From positions 1 through 64,000 of the IMG/VR virus record IMGVR_UViG_3300046820_002568: a stretch of DNA of 64,000 nt; one strand, given 5' to 3'. Made by a program: the position numbers and the translations under genes. This stretch comes from a virus. The stretch's first letter is position 1. The number at the start of each line of letters is the position of its first letter. Under the pieces are notes generated by a model. That model was not told the DNA's origin, searched no databases, and worked only from the letters and a program-made list of their open reading frames with translations. This document shows, piece by piece, positions 7,944 to 17,766 of this stretch.

Positions 7944-8129
7944 TCACTTCTTTGTATTTACAAAATAATCTTTCCCGTACTTACTTTCTTCAACAAGACC
8001 TTGTTCAATTAACTCATTCAAGTATATTCTTGTTTGCTCCACTGTAGTTTTAGTCAAGTGTTGAGCAATATACGTTATGTGTACAGGTCTCCTAAGTTTA
8101 GAGATTAGGGTTTGTTTTAAGGAATTCAT
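7944..8129 (-). CDS. small winged-helix-like protein
   Basis: HITYIAQHL...RIYLNELIEQGLVEE; start moved to MNSLKQ. Confidence 0.55.
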   Translation of the reverse strand: MNSLKQTLISKLRRPVHITYIAQHLTKTTVEQTRIYLNELIEQGLVEESKYGKDYFVNTKK

Positions 8130-8271
8130 CTTTGAGCTGTTCAAATTCGACTTTGATTTCATCATCCACAAATATAAGAGCATCTTGACGAATAAAATAC
8201 TCAATTATTGCTGGATGAGATTTTAATTCCTCAATTGTTTCTTTTCCTACTAGTTTTTTATTTAGTCCCAT
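8098..8271 (-). CDS. hypothetical protein (MGLNKKLVGKETIEELK..., 57 aa)
   Basis: Manually translated, overlaps both neighbours in operon fashion. Confidence 0.6.
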   Translation of the reverse strand: MGLNKKLVGKETIEELKSHPAIIEYFIRQDALIFVDDEIKVEFEQLKDEFLKTNPNL

Positions 8272-9022
8272 TATTTTTTAAATTTGATATTGTATTTTTC
8301 TGTATTGTATAATTTAGAATCTTTCTTTTAAATGCAGGTATCAGTGAAGACTCCATCGGGTAATCCATTGTGGTTTGTAGTTCAAATATAGGTAATTTTT
8401 TCTGAAAGTCAAAGTATTCCATAATATTATCGTCAGTTGATTCTATTGTTTTAATTAATATTATGTTCATCTTTGAGTCTATCGTTAGTCTACCCCTATT
8501 TTCTATTTGGTATTTCCACACCATTCTTTTTCCATTTTTGTCAAAATAAAAATATCCTTGGAACTCATTGAAGTGTCTTTCGTTTTTAATAACTTTGAGA
8601 CTTATTGAATCATAAACTATTGTCCATATTGCTTTAACTATATTAAAGTAGTCTAATACTTTTTGTCCTGCAAATTTAACTATTTCTGAAAACTCATCGT
8701 ATTCTTTTTCATCTGTAATCGGTACTGGTTTGAATTTTAAATCTGAAAGAAGAATTTCGTCATCCAAATTATGTAACTTCTTTTCAAAATATAATGTTTT
8801 GAAATCACTTGAAATTGATTGGAGATTTGCAAGATGTATTGAGAGTTCTGTATAGACTGGATAAATTTCAAACTTATCTATTTTCTTGTCGCAGTATTTT
8901 AAGAAATCTAAAAGAACATATTGTTTGTGCTCAAGGTCAATCGGGTCCGAGAAAATCCAGTCTGTCGGTAATTTAAAAATTGATTTTTCCTTTCTCACTT
9001 TATATGTTGTAGCTTCCTCCAT
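8258..9022 (-). CDS. hypothetical protein
   Basis: 254-aa ORF; WIFSDPIDLEHKQYVLLDFL block. Confidence 0.8.
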   Translation of the reverse strand: MEEATTYKVRKEKSIFKLPTDWIFSDPIDLEHKQYVLLDFLKYCDKKIDKFEIYPVYTELSIHLANLQSISSDFKTLYFEKKLHNLDDEILLSDLKFKPVPITDEKEYDEFSEIVKFAGQKVLDYFNIVKAIWTIVYDSISLKVIKNERHFNEFQGYFYFDKNGKRMVWKYQIENRGRLTIDSKMNIILIKTIESTDDNIMEYFDFQKKLPIFELQTTMDYPMESSLIPAFKRKILNYTIQKNTISNLKNNGTK

Positions 9023-10356
9023 TAACTCTGTCTGATTATATAATAAGTCTCGTCATTAAATTCTAGATATTCATAGTTACTATCATAAGATGATAACGCT
9101 CCATAACCTTCATTAGATGCAAGATACTCAACTAAACTATCTTTGTCAAGATAATCTGAAATATCACTACCCATATTACTTAAATATTCATTGTAATTAT
9201 CAACATAATAATCCACAGTATCAGATATTTTGTCTTCTATAGCTTCTTCCTTATACTCTCCTTCAGGACTTTCTTTAATTTCATCAATTTCACTATCAAT
9301 TTCTTCAATTCGTCCTGTCACCTCATCATAATCATCATCTTCAGGTTCCATATTGTGAAGTCTTAATTCAAGTTCACCCTTTTCACTTTCTAATGAGTGA
9401 ATTTCATTTTCTTGACTTTCACTTAATTCCCTATCATCATCACTAAGATATGAATCGAGATTATCTCTTATATCATTTTCATAGGTATCTTCAATATCAC
9501 TTCTTAATCTATCCATATCCAAATGGTCTTCTAAAACACGTCTATAAAATCCTTCACTTCCCATTTCATCAACGTAATTATCCCAGTATTCTTTCGCGGC
9601 CTCATCCATCTCATCTCCATTACCAATACACCATTCTTCGTTTTCATGGTCTTCAATTTCTGATATAAAACAAGTAAGTCCGTAATGAGTATATCTTTGA
9701 GGTACAAGGAAATAAACATCAACTTTGTTTTCTATCTCACTAATTTCTGATTCCATATCATCTATTTCTTCTTGATATTCTTCCTTATCTTCTTCAGGTA
9801 AATCTTCCATTCTTGATTCCAACTTTTGAATTTGGTCTCTTAGTGATTGAATCTCTTCTTGGTCTTCTGGACTTTTTCCTTCAACATTATATTCTTTTAA
9901 CAGAAACTCAAAAAGGGCATTTGCTTTAATTGCCAACTCACCAGCATTTTCAGTCATTTCAAATGCTTTATCTTCTCTTCTTTGTTCAATTCCTCTTAAA
10001 ATTTCAGCTCTTCGTATAGCTTCTCTTTTTCTTGCAATAGGGGTTCCGCCATCGTGTACATACCCTTGAACTTCCACATTTGATATATCAGATATTTCCG
10101 TTCTCGATATATCTAATCCGCCGATTACTTTTATAATAGGTCCGAGTGATTTTATAGGGGTATTAGAAACATCAAGTCTGTTTGTAATGATTATTTTTTT
10201 GTCTTTAAACTTTTTAAGTTTTGACAAAATATCCATGTTATATGAGACGGTTTTTAAATATTGATTAATTTCATCATTTGTCATAGAAATGACACCTTCT
10301 TGCTCTGTCATCTCTTTTATTAATTTCTCAATACTTTTAAGTAATTTCGGACTCAT
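9022..10356 (-). CDS. acidic coiled-coil hypothetical protein
   Basis: 444-aa D/E-rich ORF; TATTTAT motif upstream. Confidence 0.8.
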   Translation of the reverse strand: MSPKLLKSIEKLIKEMTEQEGVISMTNDEINQYLKTVSYNMDILSKLKKFKDKKIIITNRLDVSNTPIKSLGPIIKVIGGLDISRTEISDISNVEVQGYVHDGGTPIARKREAIRRAEILRGIEQRREDKAFEMTENAGELAIKANALFEFLLKEYNVEGKSPEDQEEIQSLRDQIQKLESRMEDLPEEDKEEYQEEIDDMESEISEIENKVDVYFLVPQRYTHYGLTCFISEIEDHENEEWCIGNGDEMDEAAKEYWDNYVDEMGSEGFYRRVLEDHLDMDRLRSDIEDTYENDIRDNLDSYLSDDDRELSESQENEIHSLESEKGELELRLHNMEPEDDDYDEVTGRIEEIDSEIDEIKESPEGEYKEEAIEDKISDTVDYYVDNYNEYLSNMGSDISDYLDKDSLVEYLASNEGYGALSSYDSNYEYLEFNDETYYIIRQS

Positions 10357-10458
10357 ATTTTTTATTTATTAATAAATATCTTTATAAAGATACTATTTCC
10401 TTTTGTAATACAAATAGAAATATTTATATAAATAATAAACTTTTTAATTTTTATTACC

Positions 10459-10611
10459 ATGGGCTGCGGATGCAAGAACAACCAACAAGCAAAGCAACAA
10501 CAAGATGAGTTGCTTCAGCAGGCACAACAGCAACAGTTACAGAAAGAAAATGTAACAAATGCTGTGAAACAGACTATCGAAAAGTATTACCAAAAACCAA
10601 AAGGCCAATAA
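10459..10611 (+). CDS. small Cys/Gln-rich protein MGCGCKNNQQ... (50 aa)
   Basis: Manually translated; own TATTTATA (10421-10428) and terminator (10642-10668). Confidence 0.75.
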   Translation: MGCGCKNNQQAKQQQDELLQQAQQQQLQKENVTNAVKQTIEKYYQKPKGQ

Positions 10612-10641
10612 CCTTTTGTATATTTCGACTAGTCATCAATT

Positions 10642-10668
10642 AAAGGGGAATTATTTCCCCTTTTTTTT
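10642..10668 (+). terminator. intrinsic terminator
   Basis: AAAGGGGAA-TTAT-TTCCCCTTT plus T tract. Confidence 0.85.
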
Positions 10669-10707
10669 ATATTTATAGGTAATAAACCATTAACAAAAAA
10701 TAGTACT

Positions 10708-10743
10708 ATGAAAAAAGGTGGTGGTTGCGGTTGTGGAAAATAA
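10708..10743 (+). CDS. 11-aa micropeptide MKKGGGCGCGK
   Basis: Only ORF between TATTTATA (10670-10677) and terminator 10773-10798; shares GCGC motif with its neighbour. Confidence 0.55.
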   Translation: MKKGGGCGCGK

Positions 10744-10772
10744 TTTCACCCCGTACAAATTAAACTGAAATC

Positions 10773-10798
10773 AAAGGGGGAATATTTCCCCCTTTTTT
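10773..10798 (+). terminator. intrinsic terminator
   Basis: AAAGGGGGAA-TAT-TTCCCCCTTT plus T tract; near-copy of 10642-10668. Confidence 0.85.
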
Positions 10799-10811
10799 AA
10801 TATTTATTAAT

Positions 10812-12218
10812 ATGAATTTACAGACAGGTGATTATATAATCATTAGGGGCTACAATAAAGATAACTTTTTCTCTGACAAACATTTTAGAAAGTTATTAAA
10901 TAAACCAACAAGAGTTTGGGATTTTGGTAATAGAGGTGTATATATTGCTCATCCAGATTTGGACTTGATTCCATTAAGTGATGATGTTGTTTATGATAAA
11001 GTCATTGATTCTGAAGATTTACCTGGTCATAAAGAATACAAATCAAAATTTGGTGAATTCTTAAAACTCACTCGTAACGCAGATTTACCAAATGAAAAAC
11101 CTTTTTTAAAATACTTAAAAAAGAAAAAGAAAAATATAAAAGAAGAGGAAGAAAAAAAAGAATCTAAGTTAGATAGAAGTATTTTAAAAATAATTTCAGG
11201 TATACAAGAAGGTGATGTTGATGTAAGTTATATTAATAAAACATTTGGTAGTATGGAAAATTTCATATCTATCGTTTCTAAAAGAAATCTTCTTAGTCAG
11301 ATTGACCCTTTTGATAGTGTTTATTCGGATATTCAAAATGAGTTATTTCACGCATTTGTTAAGTCCGATTCATCTTTTATATGGAGAATAGTTGATGCCC
11401 TTTTATCTGATGTTACCAAAATTGGTAATGATTATTATTATGATACAGATTCAAAAGAATTAAGTGAGTATTTTTACGATGGAAGAAATGATGTGAGTCA
11501 AGATACTATCGCTTCAATACTTGATTTTGAATTTGATTACTGGAGTGATGATTTAACAGATGATGAATACAGAGATATATATGATGAACTAACTCCCGAA
11601 AATAAAAATAAAGTAAAAGATAAATTAAAACAAGAACTAAAAAATTCTGGTGAAATAGAATTTGATTATAAGTACCCTGAATTATTTGGTGAGATATCGT
11701 CTGAGCAAGGAACTGAAGAAAAATTTACAGTTGATGATAATATAATTGAAAGATTACTACAAGATGAAGATTCAATAAGATATTTAATTAACCTTCAGTT
11801 TGACGACGTTAGAAGTGAACTTTATAGTCTATATAGCATGTGTTACAGTGACACTTTAACCGATGACTGGTATGATGAAATAATGGATGAACTTGTTGGA
11901 TTCGTTATTGATGATTCGGCAGGTGAAGAGTATACATATAAGAGAGAAGGCTGGGATAAAGACGGAAAAAGAATAACCAAAACAATGTACGCCAAAAGAT
12001 ATAAAGCAACCAATGCCATTTTTAATAATGTAAAACTTTGGATTGAATCTAACTACAAATATAATGATACAATCGAATATTTTGGAAGTTATGTTGGTTT
12101 AATGAACGACATGTTAAATGATGGTGAATTAGACTATTTGAGAGTTAGATTAGATGATTATCCTGACCATAGAAAAGTTCGTCAATGTCTTAACGATAAT
12201 ATAGATAGTTATATTTAA
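10812..12218 (+). CDS. acidic hypothetical protein
   Basis: 468-aa ORF, TATTTAT 4 nt upstream of the ATG. Confidence 0.8.
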   Translation: MNLQTGDYIIIRGYNKDNFFSDKHFRKLLNKPTRVWDFGNRGVYIAHPDLDLIPLSDDVVYDKVIDSEDLPGHKEYKSKFGEFLKLTRNADLPNEKPFLKYLKKKKKNIKEEEEKKESKLDRSILKIISGIQEGDVDVSYINKTFGSMENFISIVSKRNLLSQIDPFDSVYSDIQNELFHAFVKSDSSFIWRIVDALLSDVTKIGNDYYYDTDSKELSEYFYDGRNDVSQDTIASILDFEFDYWSDDLTDDEYRDIYDELTPENKNKVKDKLKQELKNSGEIEFDYKYPELFGEISSEQGTEEKFTVDDNIIERLLQDEDSIRYLINLQFDDVRSELYSLYSMCYSDTLTDDWYDEIMDELVGFVIDDSAGEEYTYKREGWDKDGKRITKTMYAKRYKATNAIFNNVKLWIESNYKYNDTIEYFGSYVGLMNDMLNDGELDYLRVRLDDYPDHRKVRQCLNDNIDSYI

Positions 12219-12260
12219 AAATCTCTTTATAGTTATTTTTTTCTCATTTAAATTTGAATT

Positions 12261-12968
12261 ATGAGAAGATACAAACTTAATAGTCGTCAAGGTCTTTGCA
12301 ATTTCTTTGCAGAATATATTTCAAATGAAATAAGTGAAAACGGAAAATATAAAACAGCCATTTCAGTTGTCGATTGTGAAACACTTTTATTAATCAAAGG
12401 TTATACTGAAAAAGAACAAATACAAGATGTAAAAGAAATAATAAACAAATTTATTTCAACATACTGGTCTGAGTTTAGTTTCATAAACCTTGAGAAAGTT
12501 TCAACACTTGATATGATTACTTTTGGTGAGGAAAAGAAATTCAAAGATAAGACACTTAAATTTAGATTTGAAAGAGATGTTCAGATTCCAAAATTTGATG
12601 TAAACGTAGTTAACACTCCTATTGTATCCTCAAAATTTCCTTACGGATATTCAAAGAATTATTTAAAGAATCTTTATCTATATCTTGAGCATATAATTTA
12701 TAATATTCAGGACCACTTTGGATATAATTTCATAGAACTTACAGTTGAGCAAGATAATAGGGGAGATGTTGAGATAATCGAAATTCTTACTGACTCTTTT
12801 TATTCAACAACCAAACTCAAATCAATAATCTTAGATAACTTTGAGATGAATGTAGGTGAAATTAATGACCTCATTAAAGAACAAGATTTGATAAGAGAGC
12901 TCCCAAATGGAATTATGAATTCACCTTGGCTTGTGATAAAAGAAAATTCAGAATTCAGAGTTATTTAA
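12261..12968 (+). CDS. hypothetical protein, possibly degenerate MetK (SAM synthetase)-like fold
   Basis: 235-aa ORF; weak resemblance of the N-terminus to the MetK N-domain. Confidence 0.4.
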   Translation: MRRYKLNSRQGLCNFFAEYISNEISENGKYKTAISVVDCETLLLIKGYTEKEQIQDVKEIINKFISTYWSEFSFINLEKVSTLDMITFGEEKKFKDKTLKFRFERDVQIPKFDVNVVNTPIVSSKFPYGYSKNYLKNLYLYLEHIIYNIQDHFGYNFIELTVEQDNRGDVEIIEILTDSFYSTTKLKSIILDNFEMNVGEINDLIKEQDLIRELPNGIMNSPWLVIKENSEFRVI

Positions 12969-13492
12969 ACTCTCTTTGAGTGACCAATTACTTGATAAAA
13001 ATCTTTTTTTCCGAGACAATAATCTTGCATCATTATTAAAAGATTTTTAAACATGAAAGCACCAGGTGTTTGTTTTTCACAGCGAATAAAAAGTTCAATA
13101 AGTGAAGATAAAAATTCAACAGAAAAATCTCCGTATGAATTAAGTTCTCCGTACTTTTCTGAATGTGGCTGATTATAAATTAAATCGTAATTATCTCTTT
13201 GCTCAACTGAATTAAATGGTTCAAGCTCTTCGTACTTATCAATCCATTCTTTGATATAATCGCAAACAAGAGACGAGTCACTTTGACATTTAATTAATAG
13301 GTCCACAATCCAGTGAGTGTGAGATGGGGCTCTTAGTCTTTTACCTTCTTTTTTGTATTTTACAACAAAATCAAGGTCTGGTCTTGCACCTCTTGACCCC
13401 TGATAAATAACAACAATAATCCCGTCACTTAAAGTCCAATAATTGACAGGATTATGTGTTACTCCTTTTCTATTAAAAACTAAATTTTTCAA
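12965..13492 (-). CDS. hypothetical protein
   Basis: 175-aa ORF coupled to glutaredoxin. Confidence 0.75.
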   Translation of the reverse strand: MKNLVFNRKGVTHNPVNYWTLSDGIIVVIYQGSRGARPDLDFVVKYKKEGKRLRAPSHTHWIVDLLIKCQSDSSLVCDYIKEWIDKYEELEPFNSVEQRDNYDLIYNQPHSEKYGELNSYGDFSVEFLSSLIELFIRCEKQTPGAFMFKNLLIMMQDYCLGKKDFYQVIGHSKRV

Positions 13493-13758
13493 ATTCTTTC
13501 TTTGATTACTTGAATTGCTTCTTCGAGGGTTCTAAAATCCATATCGGGAGCAAACAATTCAGAACTGGTTGGGTTTTCATCATCGACGACCATAAATGCA
13601 GGTACTAAATCATTTTTAACACTTCTGAAAAGTTCATACTCTTCATTGTGTTCATTAATGTCTCGGTCCATAAATTCAAGTTGTTGTTGTTTTAGTAAAT
13701 CCTTAAATTGACCACAAAAGTGACAACCTTGCATCGTGTACAATACTAAATGTTTCAT
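13489..13758 (-). CDS. glutaredoxin-like protein
   Basis: LYTMQGCHFC, VPAF. Confidence 0.85.
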   Translation of the reverse strand: MKHLVLYTMQGCHFCGQFKDLLKQQQLEFMDRDINEHNEEYELFRSVKNDLVPAFMVVDDENPTSSELFAPDMDFRTLEEAIQVIKERI

Positions 13759-14057
13759 TATACGCTTTCTGTTATAAGTTTATTAATTTCAGGAGCACTT
13801 CTAAGTCCTACAGTTGTACTAACTACACTACCTTCTTTAAACATCTTCATAGTTGGGACCGAGCGAACCATGTATTCTCTTGAGAAGTTAACATCCTCTT
13901 CAACATCAATTTTATAGATTGGTGTTTTTGACTCAACCTTCTTTAATTCTTCTTTAAGCATTTTGCACGGACCACACCAGCTGGCACTGAAACTAACTAA
14001 CATAGTTTCCTTATTTGCAATTTTTTCTCTTAATTCACTAACTGATATTTCTTTCAT
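13758..14057 (-). CDS. trxA: thioredoxin
   Basis: SASWCGPCK, VRSVPT. Confidence 0.92.
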   Translation of the reverse strand: MKEISVSELREKIANKETMLVSFSASWCGPCKMLKEELKKVESKTPIYKIDVEEDVNFSREYMVRSVPTMKMFKEGSVVSTTVGLRSAPEINKLITESV

Positions 14058-14383
14058 TTTTTTAAACTGGTTAATAATAAATTTATTTGTTGTCGCTCTT
14101 CAAAATTATAATAAATTCTCATTTTATAATTATCAGATGATTCAGTCTTAATTGTTGAATCAAGTGACAAATATATGTAGTATAGTCCTTGAACTTTACA
14201 AATATACTCCAAAATCAATTCTTTTTTATCTTGTAATACAGAATTTTGGTAAATCCCCCATACATTCTTCTTATTCTGTAAAATTTCAGGGGTGAATCCA
14301 TGAACATCATTATATTCTAACATACTCGCATTTGGATTAGTACTATAAATAACACTTTCTTTTTCAAAATTCAATAAGTCCAT
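14054..14383 (-). CDS. hypothetical protein
   Basis: 109-aa ORF in operon. Confidence 0.6.
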   Translation of the reverse strand: MDLLNFEKESVIYSTNPNASMLEYNDVHGFTPEILQNKKNVWGIYQNSVLQDKKELILEYICKVQGLYYIYLSLDSTIKTESSDNYKMRIYYNFEERQQINLLLTSLKK

Positions 14384-16028
14384 AAATTCCCAAATTAATT
14401 GATGTTAATGACGTAATATGTCCACTCAATCCCCATATCAATTCAACAGGGGTTCTTGAATTATAATTGATAAACCACATTTTTGGAAGAGAAAAATCGC
14501 TTACAACTGACATTTTATTTTCTAAAATCTCAATCGCATCTTTCCATTCCTCCTTTGGATTTTCATTAAACCTTGCCCTTGTTTGAGCATTTCTCCAGAT
14601 AACTTTTTTACTTTCAAGTTTCTTTGGGGTAAATTGCATTGTAAGTCTTTCTCCATTTTCATTTCTGAGTGAAATAATTACTGAAGCAATGTTTGAGCAA
14701 TATGTTTTAACACAATTTGACTGGTGAGCACTTTCCTCAATGTATTGACTGTTCTTTTGGAAAAGTACTGGTGTATATCTCACTCCATTAACAATAAATG
14801 GTTTCTCAACGTGTTCAACAAAATTACTATCATATTCTCTGTCGTAGTGTCCTTGAGTGTAGAAATCATATTTCTCGGTAAAAATTACGTGTTCCTCTCT
14901 GAAACTTTTGATGTCTTTTGCATTCCATCTAACTTTTTCATGCTTGCTGATTTCAGTATAAAATCTAACGTGGTCATTAATCGAATGAAGACCAAGTTCT
15001 GATTCAAAGTGAGCAAGTACTGTAAGATAGAAGTTTAATTTTTCTTTTTTACTAAGGACTTCATAAAAATGAACGTTGTTTTTTGAGATTGAGCCAATAT
15101 AAACCCCTCCGTTATTTTGAATAAATGTTCTTATCTCACTCTCGGGTCTTTGAATTAGAAATTCAATGGAGAATAGTTTAACAAGTCCTTGTAGTTCATA
15201 AAAATCAATCTTGTTTGTTGTATGTAAAACTTTTCTAAACTTATCTCCTTTCAGTCCATAGTGTTGCATGTAGGTATCCACCAGTTTCATTCCGTTTTTC
15301 TTAAACAATCTTTGTGGTGGTTTGGTTCCACATTGTTTATATGCAAGGAAGTTGTCAGGAAATTTAATACCTCTGTCAGTCAAATACTTAAAGTAAAAGT
15401 CGGTGGATAAGTCATAATAACTCTCTCTTGGTGAAATACCGATTATACTATAAAACTTACCATAAATCTCGTGGACTTTATTAATATCAATTATCGGAGC
15501 TTGAGGGTACTCTGGATTCTCAACAGTAGTAGTTAAAGGAATTACTTGTCTGTAAATCTCATTCAAATGATTGAAGAAGTGATTACAATTTATTTTTTTA
15601 CTTTTTTTCCTTTTGTTATATCCTGTAATATGACCCGAATAGAAGTTTTTTGTATTCTTATTGAAAGTAAGAAAAAATACACTGCTCTTTCTTGTGAACC
15701 ATACAACACCAGGTTTTCTGTTTTTACTAGTAAGGAAGAGTTTTAATGAAACTTTATTTTCATCTTCTTCGAGACATAAAGTATGTCTTAAAATTTCAAT
15801 GCGGCAAAGGGGATTACCAAAGTCTTTTAATTCAGCATTAACATCTAAATAACGTCTTTTGAAAACCCATTCTGTTTGTTTATATAGAAGGAATCCATAA
15901 TTTAATATTTGGTCCGTAAAAGGGTCCTCAGCATCTTGATTAATAGTTGCCGGCTCTCTCAAAGGACAATTATCCTCATATTCGGTCACCCAAATTCTTT
16001 CATGCACAATCTTATCAATTGTTTCCAT
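14364..16028 (-). CDS. PcfJ-domain protein
   Basis: C-terminal YIEESAHQSNCVKTY...IISLR...RLTMQF...QTRARFN; promoter TTTG-N20-TATCTTTG at 16033-16064. Confidence 0.75.
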   Translation of the reverse strand: METIDKIVHERIWVTEYEDNCPLREPATINQDAEDPFTDQILNYGFLLYKQTEWVFKRRYLDVNAELKDFGNPLCRIEILRHTLCLEEDENKVSLKLFLTSKNRKPGVVWFTRKSSVFFLTFNKNTKNFYSGHITGYNKRKKSKKINCNHFFNHLNEIYRQVIPLTTTVENPEYPQAPIIDINKVHEIYGKFYSIIGISPRESYYDLSTDFYFKYLTDRGIKFPDNFLAYKQCGTKPPQRLFKKNGMKLVDTYMQHYGLKGDKFRKVLHTTNKIDFYELQGLVKLFSIEFLIQRPESEIRTFIQNNGGVYIGSISKNNVHFYEVLSKKEKLNFYLTVLAHFESELGLHSINDHVRFYTEISKHEKVRWNAKDIKSFREEHVIFTEKYDFYTQGHYDREYDSNFVEHVEKPFIVNGVRYTPVLFQKNSQYIEESAHQSNCVKTYCSNIASVIISLRNENGERLTMQFTPKKLESKKVIWRNAQTRARFNENPKEEWKDAIEILENKMSVVSDFSLPKMWFINYNSRTPVELIWGLSGHITSLTSINLGIYGLIEF

Positions 16029-16054
16029 ACAACAAAGATAGTAAAAAAATTTGA

Positions 16055-16345
16055 CTAGTTCAAAATAAATTCACCCCATTTTGTCTTATGGATGGGGACC
16101 ATAACTTCAATCTCTTTAACCTTTTCAGCACTCTTGTGAAGTTTAACTAAAATGTCAAGAAGTTGTTTTTGTGTAAGAGTAATCTCCTCACCTTTGTCAA
16201 AATTTTGATAAACACAAATTCTGACTTCCATATAGAATTTTTCTTTTTTGATTTCACCAATAAGATTTTTTAAATCTTTTGGATTTTTATCAAAGAAACC
16301 AATGAAACCCGAAATATAAATCTCGCAATCTACATTGTTTTTCAT
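16055..16345 (-). CDS. hypothetical protein
   Basis: 96-aa ORF. Confidence 0.7.
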   Translation of the reverse strand: MKNNVDCEIYISGFIGFFDKNPKDLKNLIGEIKKEKFYMEVRICVYQNFDKGEEITLTQKQLLDILVKLHKSAEKVKEIEVMVPIHKTKWGEFILN

Positions 16346-16376
16346 ATTATTTTGTTTTTTAGGTTACAAATATAAA

Positions 16377-17741
16377 CTAGTCTTCTCTGAAATACAAACC
16401 GTTTCCATAATCCGAGAACTTCTCTTTAACTGATTCAGGTAAATTTCTCTCAGGATTTGAACCGGCAAGTCCAATAAATGAAAGACCTTCCATGTTTGCA
16501 ATTGATTCAGGTAGTCTTTCAAGATTTGGATTATCAGGAAGTGATAAAAACTCAAGATTTTTAAGTTCTGAAATAGAATCCGGAATCTTTCTAACAATTT
16601 TTGATAACATTAAGTTTTCAAGATTTTGGAATCTAGATATTGTTTCAGGAATATCCAAAGATAATGCTTCATTTCCATTATTTTCAACGTGCAATAAGGT
16701 CAGATTATCTGGAATATTGTCAAAAATTTCTTCAAATCCATAAATTGCAACGAACTTACCTGCCGCGCTTCTTGGAATTGAAATAGTTAATTTATCTTCG
16801 TTACTCTTCACAAGGTTTTTGGCAAACTCAGGCTTAAAGTAATCTTTAAGTTCTTTAAGTTTTCCATTTAATAATTGAACCAAATCTTGTTGTCTATCGT
16901 GTCTATCCATAAACTGTTCGTCTTGGAAGTGGAACTGATATCTTTCAACAGGAAGACCTGATATTTGTCCAAGTTCTGATGATTCATTTGGAAGAATTAC
17001 ATAAAGAGGTCCGCGGCTTAGATAACCTTTCCAATAACTAAGACCAGGTGCCGATGTACACCATCTTGATTCACCTTTTTCAGACATTTGATTACCTCCG
17101 TAGAAACAAGCGGCGTCTCTTTGAAGTTCTCCAGTTCCTTCGATTTTAATTACAGTCCACTCGTTACCTCTGAATACTACATTAGCTCCAGGGTGTTCAT
17201 ATGTTTTCTTTGCTTCCTCTTTTTCGCTTTTTGAAGCCTTTGCCTTTTCAAGACTTAAATCTTTTGTAAGTTCAAAAAGACTAGCGGGTGTAAGTTTATT
17301 AATATCTCTCTGTTCTTGTGGAAACTGATTCTTAAATCTTTCGTATTTTTTTAAGTCCTCAGTTGTTTTATACAAATCCTCCATGAACAAACTTTGATAC
17401 TCTCCCACAACTCTTTTATATTCGGGAGTTCCTTTTTCCACATTAGCTCTCTCGTCATTAAATGTTGGAGCTACGAAATTCTTCAATAACCACTGAGTGT
17501 ATTTACCAACTTTAACATTATCCATATCTTCAACGCTCAACGTGTCAATATCTTTACCTTGCGGTACTCTTGTTGTTGGGTCAGCTAGAATAATAGCCTT
17601 TAGGGTTTCAAAGTCCATCAAACCTTTTGGTTTTCTGCCATCTCCTTCACGACCAGGTGCCGGTGCAACCATTTTGTCATAAAGGATTTTAAATCTTGAA
17701 TTTTCTAAGATAATCGATTTTAAAATGTTGGTAAATTTCAT
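16377..17741 (-). CDS. protein with C-terminal leucine-rich repeats
   Basis: IPETISRFQNLENLML / IPDSISELKNLEFLSL / LPESIANMEGLSFIGL; central RWCTSA motif. Confidence 0.8.
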   Translation of the reverse strand: MKFTNILKSIILENSRFKILYDKMVAPAPGREGDGRKPKGLMDFETLKAIILADPTTRVPQGKDIDTLSVEDMDNVKVGKYTQWLLKNFVAPTFNDERANVEKGTPEYKRVVGEYQSLFMEDLYKTTEDLKKYERFKNQFPQEQRDINKLTPASLFELTKDLSLEKAKASKSEKEEAKKTYEHPGANVVFRGNEWTVIKIEGTGELQRDAACFYGGNQMSEKGESRWCTSAPGLSYWKGYLSRGPLYVILPNESSELGQISGLPVERYQFHFQDEQFMDRHDRQQDLVQLLNGKLKELKDYFKPEFAKNLVKSNEDKLTISIPRSAAGKFVAIYGFEEIFDNIPDNLTLLHVENNGNEALSLDIPETISRFQNLENLMLSKIVRKIPDSISELKNLEFLSLPDNPNLERLPESIANMEGLSFIGLAGSNPERNLPESVKEKFSDYGNGLYFRED

Positions 17742-17766
17742 TTTTAAACTTTTTTATATAAATATA

